A program made the translations under genes and the position numbers. Below the pieces are notes generated by a model. That model saw only the letters and a program-made list of their open reading frames with translations. It did no database searches and was not told where the DNA came from. Positions 19,323 through 27,579 of a DNA stretch of 61,274 bases are shown here, one piece after another (positions within the stretch are counted from its first letter, which is position 1; each line of letters opens with the position of its first letter). The stretch is from Candidatus Omnitrophota bacterium (GTDB lineage: Bacteria > Omnitrophota > Gorgyraeia > Gygaellales > Profunditerraquicolaceae). The stretch spans positions 1-61,274 of the forward strand of contig JBFMDA010000002.1 in assembly GCA_040754255.1 (NCBI GenBank), read 5' to 3'.

Positions 19323-21407
19323 TCAAGGTAAGCTGGTTAACGGCTTAAATTCGCCATTGCCATACAGTTTTAAATATAAATCGGGAATCCCCATACAAAA
19401 ATTATTTAATTTGCATTCGCTGCATTCAGGCAAGAAGGATATTGCATCTTCCGTATACGTCCCCTCATTACAGAAAATTATCCTGTTCATTGAAATTTTA
19501 ACGAAAGGGTTGTGCTCATAAAAATTACCTGGTAGACGCAATTCGCCCGCGGTATAGCCCGATAAGATATTTTTTAAATAAAATCTAGGCAGGACGCAGT
19601 ATGGTATCCTGATTTTGGCATGGCTCATTATCTTATTACGGTTTAACATCTTCGCTATCTCAGAGAATTTTGGCGCAAACTCAAAGTAATCGCGCTGGTC
19701 GTTGTTCCTGGGCCTTACCATACAAAAATTTATCGGGAATAGTCGAAAGTGCGAAGCAATAAAATCATATATTTTGGTTATATACAAATAGTTTTGTTTT
19801 AAAAGCAATGAATGCAACATTATTTCTATTCTGGGGAATTTCTGCAAATTCCTGATTGCATTTACCAAAATTTTAAAACTCCCGGGAGTACCAGTAATAA
19901 AATCGTGAGAATCGTCATTATATCCGTAAATGGACAATTGGACTTTATCGACACCAGAGGCAGAAAACTTACGGGTAAAATTAAAATCATTCAATTTTTC
20001 GCCGGAAGTGGACAGCCTAATTTCTCCATAACCTAATGCTTTCGCATATTTCAAAATTCTTAATACGCCGGGGTAATTTAACGGCTCGTTTCCTCCTATC
20101 CTTAGCTTGTCTATTTTCAGGTTATTGTGGATATACGCTAAATCTGCTTTTACTCTGTGCGGTTTAACTGCCGGTTCCTTGTTTTTTTTGTTTCCTATGG
20201 AACGCGAGCAAAAAATACAGCCCTTTTTACACGGAGAAGGGACTTCGAAAGAAGCAAAATAATTTTTAAAAGGTTTCTTTGGTATCGGCACTAACACGTT
20301 ATATCCGTTACTTCTAATGAAACCGCACTGCATTCCATCACAGGTAGAGGTAAATGCACATAAAGCACACCTAGGGCCTTTTACAAAATAGCGGTTTTTT
20401 ATAAAGAAATCCAGAAAATCAAAAATATCTATCGCATTGCCGTTATTGGCTATTGCGCGACTTTCAAACTTCGCCTGCAAGAACTCGCTGCCTTTTATGC
20501 AAAACGGAATACTTTTGGGCTTAACAATGCCGTCACGTTTAAATAACGCCAGGTCATTGCAAAAGCTTTTCATAAAACAATAACCGCATCGAGCACCTTT
20601 ACATTTTAAAGTCGTATTACTTTTAAAATATTGCTCAAACTCTGCTTTTCTCCCCTTTACCTCATAATATAATTTTTCAGGGCTCTGTATTAAGTTTTCA
20701 TACCCTTCGAAATATTGCGCCGGGAATCGGTTAGTGAAAATGTGCAAATTTTTATTTTTTGATAAATCAAACGCCTTCTTTAAATAGGGTAATTCTTTTT
20801 CTATATTATAAAAAAGGATTCTGCGGTTGTTCCATGCCCTGCCAAAAGGAACTATCTGCAATAGATCGAATTCACTCACGCCCATTCTTATGAAAAACTT
20901 TATAATAGTTGCAAGCCTGCGTACATTCAGCTTATTAACAACAATGTCTTGGCTTACAATTAGCCTGGGAGACTTTAACGCGTTAATTAATCCGGCTAAG
21001 GACTGTGAATAAGAACCCGCTACCTGCGTTATCCGGTCGTGGGGTTTTCCCTCGCACTCATGGATAGAAAAAGTTATCTCTTTTAATCCGGCGTCTATTG
21101 CATCCTTTAAAAAATTCTTATACGCGAACATTCTCCCGTTTGTTATAACCTGTATATGGCTATATCCTATCTTATTTGCGAATCTAACAATTTCGTGAAA
21201 TTTTGGGTGCAGAGAAGGCTCTCCTCCGCTTAAGACCGCTCTTCTTATATTTTCATTCCGCCCCTTCATTAATTCAGATTGTACTAGAGATAACTCTATG
21301 CAACTTCCGTCTTGCGATTCATAATCTAAGCAAAAAAGGCATCTATTATTGCACGCCTTAGTTAATCGTACCCAAAGCCTTTTTTCTTCTGAGGGACTTT
21401 TTGACAT
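19323..21407 (-). CDS. tandem double radical SAM protein (two complete rSAM cores plus Cys-rich auxiliary regions)
   Basis: Core 1 is LTKACNNRCLFC (C19/C23/C26) with GGEPSL, then CKGARCGYCFMKSFC and CALCAFTSTCDGMQC. Core 2 is SPCKKGCIFC (C393/C397/C400, TGT at 20229-20231) with GGNEPLNYPG, then CSECKLNNFCMGI. Confidence 0.75.
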   Translation of the reverse strand: MSKSPSEEKRLWVRLTKACNNRCLFCLDYESQDGSCIELSLVQSELMKGRNENIRRAVLSGGEPSLHPKFHEIVRFANKIGYSHIQVITNGRMFAYKNFLKDAIDAGLKEITFSIHECEGKPHDRITQVAGSYSQSLAGLINALKSPRLIVSQDIVVNKLNVRRLATIIKFFIRMGVSEFDLLQIVPFGRAWNNRRILFYNIEKELPYLKKAFDLSKNKNLHIFTNRFPAQYFEGYENLIQSPEKLYYEVKGRKAEFEQYFKSNTTLKCKGARCGYCFMKSFCNDLALFKRDGIVKPKSIPFCIKGSEFLQAKFESRAIANNGNAIDIFDFLDFFIKNRYFVKGPRCALCAFTSTCDGMQCGFIRSNGYNVLVPIPKKPFKNYFASFEVPSPCKKGCIFCSRSIGNKKNKEPAVKPHRVKADLAYIHNNLKIDKLRIGGNEPLNYPGVLRILKYAKALGYGEIRLSTSGEKLNDFNFTRKFSASGVDKVQLSIYGYNDDSHDFITGTPGSFKILVNAIRNLQKFPRIEIMLHSLLLKQNYLYITKIYDFIASHFRLFPINFCMVRPRNNDQRDYFEFAPKFSEIAKMLNRNKIMSHAKIRIPYCVLPRFYLKNILSGYTAGELRLPGNFYEHNPFVKISMNRIIFCNEGTYTEDAISFLPECSECKLNNFCMGIPDLYLKLYGNGEFKPLTSLP

Positions 21408-21417
21408 AGGAGGGTTA

Positions 21418-22344
21418 TTAGTTATCCTTCCTTATAAACTCTTTCTGGCCGTATTTTCTTAGGTATTCCTGCCAGATGCCCCAGCAATTACTATTCACTG
21501 GACAATCCTGGCACTCTTTGACCTTCACATAGGCAATGATTTTATTTTTTGATACCGCATAATACTCCTTGTACTTCGTTATTGATGAATGGGGTAAAAA
21601 GTTTTCTTCATTTCTGGAGTCCCCATATCGAATAGAGTTATTTTTAAAGTATTTATGAAAATAACAACCAACGGGCGGGTTAAGCAAGCACCATGAAAAA
21701 CCAAGATTTTGTCCTTTATCTAATGCGCCTGCGATATAAGGCGATGCTTCGGATATATGCGGAGTAAGGCTTTCAAACATTGACTCATTGTTCGTTATTA
21801 TATACATAAATTCCGCCCTCTTAATCTGATACGAAAGTAAGATTTTACTGATAGAGGGAAGATATTTGTAATTCTGTTTGGTAATGGTGGTATTGGTCCC
21901 TATTTGATTGAATCCTAATTTTTTTAAATTTTCTATCCCTTTTATCAGTTGTTGGAAACTCCCGGCTGTACTGGTAAGGAAATCGTGTACCTTGGGGCTA
22001 TTTCCGTGCAATGAAAAATCAATTTCTGAAACACCGGATTTTATTAATTGGCGGGCAAAATCATCATACGCCAGCATCCTGCCGTTTGTGCTTATTCTCA
22101 CTTTTTTAAAACCGACCTTTTTTCCATATGAGATTAACTCGCAAATGTCTTGCCTTATGGTCGGCTCTCCCCCGATTAAATTAAGCCAGCTTTTCCCCTT
22201 CTTTTTTGCTGCTAAAATTTCACTTTTAACTTCTTCTGTCGTTTTTTCGGGCAGATGACGGTTCTCCCGATCATAACAAAATAAGCAACCGTTATTGCAT
22301 TTAAATCCAAATACTATTGCCGCATGATCGCTAATGTTGTTCAT
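21418..22344 (-). CDS. radical SAM protein with SPASM/twitch-like C-terminus
   Basis: FGFKCNNGCLFCYD, IGGEPT, SLHGNSPKVHDFLTSTAGSF and CQDCPVNSNCWGI. Confidence 0.75.
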   Translation of the reverse strand: MNNISDHAAIVFGFKCNNGCLFCYDRENRHLPEKTTEEVKSEILAAKKKGKSWLNLIGGEPTIRQDICELISYGKKVGFKKVRISTNGRMLAYDDFARQLIKSGVSEIDFSLHGNSPKVHDFLTSTAGSFQQLIKGIENLKKLGFNQIGTNTTITKQNYKYLPSISKILLSYQIKRAEFMYIITNNESMFESLTPHISEASPYIAGALDKGQNLGFSWCLLNPPVGCYFHKYFKNNSIRYGDSRNEENFLPHSSITKYKEYYAVSKNKIIAYVKVKECQDCPVNSNCWGIWQEYLRKYGQKEFIRKDN

Positions 22345-23273
22345 ATAGCCAACTCCCTGCCTTGAAATTCAAGGAAATATTTTTTAAATAACCCGCCGCA
22401 GCTGCTGCCTTGAGAACAGTGTTCGCATATTTTAAGTTTAATTCTATTACGTGTCGGATAACAGGATAGTGTTTCCTTTAAAAATATATTTTTAGGGCCC
22501 TTCCATTGCTCAACGGTTATTCTCGGGGACCAGTGAGCGTCATTAGAGTAAAGTTCATAATTCTTTAATGCGCAAAGCGGAAGCCCGAAAAATCTAATAA
22601 TTAGGGCTTTCTTATGCGCATATGCAACTAATCGAGGGACTGCCCCTTGTATCTCTTTCAATGGAACGACTAATTTTTTAAAATTCGCCATGCCCCTACC
22701 TTCAGGTGCAAAATTAGAAAGAAGTATTTGTTTTACTTTTCTGAAACTACTTGCCAAATCTATGATCTTTTCAAGCGAGGCAAAATTATACCGCGTAATA
22801 ACCGTGTTAATGAATAAAAAAATACCTGATTTTGAACGCTCAACGTTCTCCAATGCGTTCGTGAGTTTACCAAAGCTTTCACAATTTGAAGTATGAAAAT
22901 TATGAAGCTTTCCGTTATGGCCATGAAGAGAAAAACAAATTTCATCAACATAAAAAAGTGCTTTATCGCAGAATCTTTTTGAGGAGAATAAACCGCCGTT
23001 AGAGCTACAATACACCGTATACATCAGCCGCTTGGCAGTTTGTATTATTTCTATAAAACGGGGGTGCAAAGTGGGCTCCCCGCCCGTCAAAGTAACGTGG
23101 TGCATGCCTTTTGCAGCGAAATAATCTAATTTACTTTTTATTGAATCGAAATTTACAAAACAATTTTTAAATTTTTGTAATTGGCCTGCTTCAGAGCAAA
23201 AAATACAGCTATTGGCACATTTATAGGAAATATGAAATTCTAGCCTCTCTACCTTAGTTGGGCTTTTCATCAT
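22341..23273 (-). CDS. radical SAM protein with SPASM/twitch-like C-terminus
   Basis: ISYKCANSCIFCSE, LTGGEPTL, SLHGHNGKLH and CEHCSQGSSCGGL. Confidence 0.75.
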   Translation of the reverse strand: MMKSPTKVERLEFHISYKCANSCIFCSEAGQLQKFKNCFVNFDSIKSKLDYFAAKGMHHVTLTGGEPTLHPRFIEIIQTAKRLMYTVYCSSNGGLFSSKRFCDKALFYVDEICFSLHGHNGKLHNFHTSNCESFGKLTNALENVERSKSGIFLFINTVITRYNFASLEKIIDLASSFRKVKQILLSNFAPEGRGMANFKKLVVPLKEIQGAVPRLVAYAHKKALIIRFFGLPLCALKNYELYSNDAHWSPRITVEQWKGPKNIFLKETLSCYPTRNRIKLKICEHCSQGSSCGGLFKKYFLEFQGRELAI

Positions 23274-23275
23274 CG

Positions 23276-24694
23276 CTATCCGTACAGTAAGTATGACAGC
23301 TGAAAATCAATATTTCGGTATTCATTTTTATTCTTTTGCACTAAACCTGCGTACCTGGTCAAAAAGCGGTCATCAAGGAAGCAATTTGAATAAATGTATC
23401 TTTCGCATCTTGTGTTCGTAGAAAATTTAATACAATTTTCGTCTTTTTCCACCGGGCACATTTTTTCTATCAACGCAAGTTCCTTTGGATATAGCTTTTC
23501 GGGTTCTTCATTGAATATTTTTTGAAACAAATTTTTATCGATTTTCCCTTCCTCCTGAATAGAACTTATTATATTGAAGCGCATTTCTAAATCCTTAGTC
23601 AATTGGAACGCGAATAGTTTTGGGAAAATATCTCGTTTGAGGTTTTTTTCATAATCCTGGTAATATAGGTCCTTTACATAGTACATCTTTTTAAACGCAT
23701 GAGAAATTGCCCCCCACCCTAATCCCAAAACCGAACTATTAAACTTATACATATCATAAAATTGTAAATTTTCTTTATCTGTGCTGTAATCCTCCAACGC
23801 ATAAGGATGCGCACTGCTAATCATCTGATACGCCAAGTCAAGCATCTTTTTGCAGCGGATTACATCAGAAAAATTCAGCGTAAGGCCGTTCTTAGCAAAT
23901 CTGGTAAAAATATCGGGACAAAAAGAGTTAACGTGAATAGTATCGGGCTTTAGTTTTAAAATGTTTTTTAATGAGGCCTGGAACGATTCAATTGATTGGT
24001 ACGGGACGCCCGCCATCAAATCGACATTAATATGGCGGATCTTCAATTTCCTGCAATTTTTATATAGCTGAAAAACTAAGTTTGCATTTTGTGGCCTCTG
24101 AAGCTTCTTGAGGACATTTTTGTCCAGTGACTGCACTCCGATGGTCACTTTGTTTACCCCATACTCCTTAAGTATTTTCACTTTCTCATACGAGCATGTG
24201 TAGGGGCTAAGCTCGACCATAAATTGTTCCATATTCCCTACATTAAAATTTTTAGAAATCATCTCCATGAGTCTTTTGAGATTTTTAAAAGACAATATCG
24301 AAGGCGTACCCCCTCCTATATACACGGTTCTTGCCTTTACTCTTTTGGGGAAATCAAGTAATGTGATTTCTTTTTCCAGCGCATTAAGGAAGCGGGAATG
24401 CGATTGATCATTAGTCTGAGGGAAAGACAGGGTATTACAATAAAAACATTTGCTGACACAAAATGGAATGTGGACATATACGCCGAACCTATCGTAACTA
24501 CCTTTCTCTTTAAGGATGGATGTCGCAACAGTTACCCACGATTTTTTTACTTCTTCTAAACTTATCGCTTTTCTCTTGAGTCTCAACAAGGAATACGGTG
24601 TTCCTAAGCCATAAAAAACCAAATCCCTGGTTATGCATTTAAACAGCTCAAGCTTCCGCCTTACTTCATTACTTAAAAGGGATGAGTTCGTCAT
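23276..24694 (-). CDS. HemN/HemW-like (class C type) radical SAM protein
   Basis: YVHIPFCVSKCFYCNT motif, YIGGGTPS, and a length typical of the coproporphyrinogen-III-oxidase-like family. Confidence 0.75.
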   Translation of the reverse strand: MTNSSLLSNEVRRKLELFKCITRDLVFYGLGTPYSLLRLKRKAISLEEVKKSWVTVATSILKEKGSYDRFGVYVHIPFCVSKCFYCNTLSFPQTNDQSHSRFLNALEKEITLLDFPKRVKARTVYIGGGTPSILSFKNLKRLMEMISKNFNVGNMEQFMVELSPYTCSYEKVKILKEYGVNKVTIGVQSLDKNVLKKLQRPQNANLVFQLYKNCRKLKIRHINVDLMAGVPYQSIESFQASLKNILKLKPDTIHVNSFCPDIFTRFAKNGLTLNFSDVIRCKKMLDLAYQMISSAHPYALEDYSTDKENLQFYDMYKFNSSVLGLGWGAISHAFKKMYYVKDLYYQDYEKNLKRDIFPKLFAFQLTKDLEMRFNIISSIQEEGKIDKNLFQKIFNEEPEKLYPKELALIEKMCPVEKDENCIKFSTNTRCERYIYSNCFLDDRFLTRYAGLVQKNKNEYRNIDFQLSYLLYG

Positions 24695-25595
24695 CTGAAT
24701 ACTTTAAAAAATATTTTTTGTAAACGCCTCCGCATACGCTGTTTTTCAAGCATTGCCTGCATTTTCGCGTTTTTATTCTTCCGATATCGATCTTGAAATT
24801 GTTTTCGACATATGTGTGCGGCTCATTCCATAAGCGTATTGCGCCATCATGGTCTTTGCGATTATCGATTTTAAACGGTTCCCATAAATCATAGGAATAC
24901 GCATACCTATCTCCTAAAATACACATCGGAATACCGGAAAATCTGATTTTAATATTTTTTAACTCGCAAAATCTTATTGCATTTATTATGTGCGGGGAAA
25001 GGACGGAAAATTTAGGAAAGATTTCATAAAATGTACGGCTCCCCTCTCCTGTAGGCACAATTGACATACATTGATATTCTGTTATTCCAAAATTATGGAT
25101 CAGTTCTGCTATTTTGGCCAGGAATCTATAATTAAGATTGGTTATTGCCGTAGTCGCTTGGAGCCTGCCTTTATAATATTTCTGCAGATTTTTCATTCCT
25201 TGCAAAACTGACATAAAAGCTGCCGGATTACGGGTATTAATTGAATGGATTTTATTATTATGCCCATGTATCGAAATCATAATTTCATCAAGATAAGGCA
25301 ATGTCCTGATGCAGAACTCATACGAACTGAACATAATTGCATTGGAAATAATAAATGTATTATACTGTAACGCTTTCGACAATTTTAGTATTTCAGGAAA
25401 ATGGGTGTGCAATGTAGGCTCCCCTCCTACAAAATGGACAAGATTTGCTCCCCTGGACCTTTCGGCGACTAAAATATTCTTAATTTTTGCGAATGAAAGC
25501 TCTGAGCCATCAAGCTTATTTCTTTCGCTGCAAAAAATACACCTATTACAGCATTTTTTTATAATAAAGAGGTCAATTCGTCTGGTTTGAGCCAT
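24669..25595 (-). CDS. radical SAM protein with SPASM/twitch-like C-terminus
   Basis: IIKKCCNRCIFCSE, VGGEPTL, SIHGHNNKIH and CRQCLKNSVCGGV. Confidence 0.75.
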   Translation of the reverse strand: MAQTRRIDLFIIKKCCNRCIFCSERNKLDGSELSFAKIKNILVAERSRGANLVHFVGGEPTLHTHFPEILKLSKALQYNTFIISNAIMFSSYEFCIRTLPYLDEIMISIHGHNNKIHSINTRNPAAFMSVLQGMKNLQKYYKGRLQATTAITNLNYRFLAKIAELIHNFGITEYQCMSIVPTGEGSRTFYEIFPKFSVLSPHIINAIRFCELKNIKIRFSGIPMCILGDRYAYSYDLWEPFKIDNRKDHDGAIRLWNEPHTYVENNFKIDIGRIKTRKCRQCLKNSVCGGVYKKYFLKYSDDELIPFK

Positions 25596-26529
25596 ATTTG
25601 CAGGGAAGAATCGAACAGTACATACTAATCTCTTTTGGCCGCGAAGCGTTTAACAAGGACAACCCCAGGGCCGTAGGATAAATACAACAGTTATATGCGC
25701 CAGAAAAATTATTTGCTCGGTAAATAAATTTATTTACGGACGAAAGGGGAACTTTCAGCTTCTTTATATCTATCCATCTTTTTTCCAGATTAGAATTGCA
25801 CTGGAATTCCCCTGTTTCATAAATTAAATAATTCTTCAGGGAATCTACTTTACCGGATTTTTTAAATTTGACCGCTGCAAGATAAAATACATTGTTCTTG
25901 GGTGAATTCTTGAAAAATGCGCTAAATTTAGTTTTGATGCCGTGGGGCAAAAAGCTAAATTTATTTAATTCTTGTAGCGAACAGTATTTAAAGTAAAGCT
26001 TCATCGACATTTGATTACTTTTCGGGGAACACACTAACGCAAGCGCACAGATTCCGTATCGCACATACAAACCCAATATATCCGGATCATAGCCCGATAT
26101 TATACACAACTTATGCAAAATGTCGTGTTTTAGAAAGGGGACGCATTCAACTTCAATCTTTAAAATGGGAGATTGATCTGATTCAATCCACTCAAGCCCC
26201 AAAGTAATTGGAAAGGATTTAATCACTTGGATTGCTTTTTCCGCTTGTCGGCGTAATTCCCCCGCATAACTCAATCTCATTATCGAACGTATTTTATTGA
26301 GAAACTCCTTCTTCTCGCCGGAATCATTAATACTAAATCTTAAAAGACGATTGGGCATTTTTTTAATTTTAAAAGAAAAATCGAACTTAAAAGAATTAGG
26401 CCTAATCTTGTGGCACCCATCAAAAAGGATTTTGGTAATACGCGGGAAATCCTTCTTTTGATAAATATTATTTTCCCTCGCAATTTTTTCAATAATGTTT
26501 CTGTAACACGCAAAGATGTTAGGGTTCAT
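25573..26529 (-). CDS. hypothetical protein, paralog of the C-terminal domain of the 625-aa rSAM fusion; possible ABBA-type prenyltransferase fold
   Basis: Shares KFDFS, LRFSxNDxGEKKxF, TxGLxWxxS...PxLK and K-x-Y strand ends (MKLYFKY, LKNYLIYE) with residues ~320-625 of ORF 27576..29453. FDFS and LYF strands resemble NphB/CloQ-type sequences from memory. Confidence 0.35.
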   Translation of the reverse strand: MNPNIFACYRNIIEKIARENNIYQKKDFPRITKILFDGCHKIRPNSFKFDFSFKIKKMPNRLLRFSINDSGEKKEFLNKIRSIMRLSYAGELRRQAEKAIQVIKSFPITLGLEWIESDQSPILKIEVECVPFLKHDILHKLCIISGYDPDILGLYVRYGICALALVCSPKSNQMSMKLYFKYCSLQELNKFSFLPHGIKTKFSAFFKNSPKNNVFYLAAVKFKKSGKVDSLKNYLIYETGEFQCNSNLEKRWIDIKKLKVPLSSVNKFIYRANNFSGAYNCCIYPTALGLSLLNASRPKEISMYCSILPCKYGSNQTN

Positions 26530-26538
26530 TTTTAAGGA

Positions 26539-27579
26539 TTAAAAACTGCGATTGCCTAATGCCTTATTTAGATATGCAACAAAATTTGACATTAATTGGC
26601 CCGCTAAGATAGTATTATTCAGGTATTTGGTAACATTATTTTCACGGAAAATTATTTCCATTGCTTCTTCGTTAGTAAGCCGCTTTTTCTCAAACTCGTC
26701 CATACTCTCTTTTATTTCGTTGATATTCCCCAGAATGAACTTCCTTTTCCTCTCGTAGTTTTGAATTAAATAACTGATGCACGCAGAGTAGATGTTCCCA
26801 TCAAAATCCACAGATATCTCAGTATTCATCCTAAACGGAGGAAACCATTCTGTCAGATTTTGCAACCGGATATCATCTTTTAGCCTTAGTTTTAAATACA
26901 GGTTCCTTAACGTAATCAGGTTTCTTGCCAAAACTATTCTATCATTATTTGACCACTTTACTCCGCAGGCAATCATTATAAATATGTTCCTAAATCCTAA
27001 TTGAACTAAATGGCTGAAATTGTCAACAATTCTTCCTACTGTCATGGGTGAAACTACCATGCTCACCTGGCAATCTGCATTATATTTAAAAATTATAGGG
27101 AGGTTGCGTACAATAAGAGAATATGAATCCGGCAAGCCATTCTTTTGCGGCCTATTTAATCTCTGCGACCCGGGCCCTCCATCAAGGCTTAGTTCAAGAA
27201 GTACATTGTGTTCTTTAAAGAACCTTACTTTTTCTTCGTTCAAGAGCACCCCGTTTGTTGTAAGAATCGGGGTTAACTTTCTTTTTCTGGCATTTGCTAC
27301 TTTGTGCGCATACAGTATGCCTTTCTTTAAAACCTTAAAAGGCAGCATGAGGGGCTCACCGCCGAAAAAATGTAATTGTAAAACGTCAGCCGAGGAAGTC
27401 ATCAAGAAGTCGACCGATTTAAGCAGCACGTCTTCGGACATATATCTCTTTGCATTTTGAGAAACAAAGCAATATTTACATTTCAAACAACAATCGTGTG
27501 TTAATAACAACAGCAATCTAGCTGTTCTAAAATCAGCCCGACCGGCCACTTGGTTGTTTCTTTTTTGTGAGGAAATCAT
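26539..27579 (-). CDS. AnSME/HxsC-like radical SAM protein without recognisable SPASM cysteines
   Basis: LTHDCCLKCKYCF, FFGGEPLM and TTNGVLLNEEKVRFF...SLDG. The C-terminal third lacks a Cx2Cx5C block. Paralog of ORF 29450..30379. Confidence 0.65.
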   Translation of the reverse strand: MISSQKRNNQVAGRADFRTARLLLLLTHDCCLKCKYCFVSQNAKRYMSEDVLLKSVDFLMTSSADVLQLHFFGGEPLMLPFKVLKKGILYAHKVANARKRKLTPILTTNGVLLNEEKVRFFKEHNVLLELSLDGGPGSQRLNRPQKNGLPDSYSLIVRNLPIIFKYNADCQVSMVVSPMTVGRIVDNFSHLVQLGFRNIFIMIACGVKWSNNDRIVLARNLITLRNLYLKLRLKDDIRLQNLTEWFPPFRMNTEISVDFDGNIYSACISYLIQNYERKRKFILGNINEIKESMDEFEKKRLTNEEAMEIIFRENNVTKYLNNTILAGQLMSNFVAYLNKALGNRSF

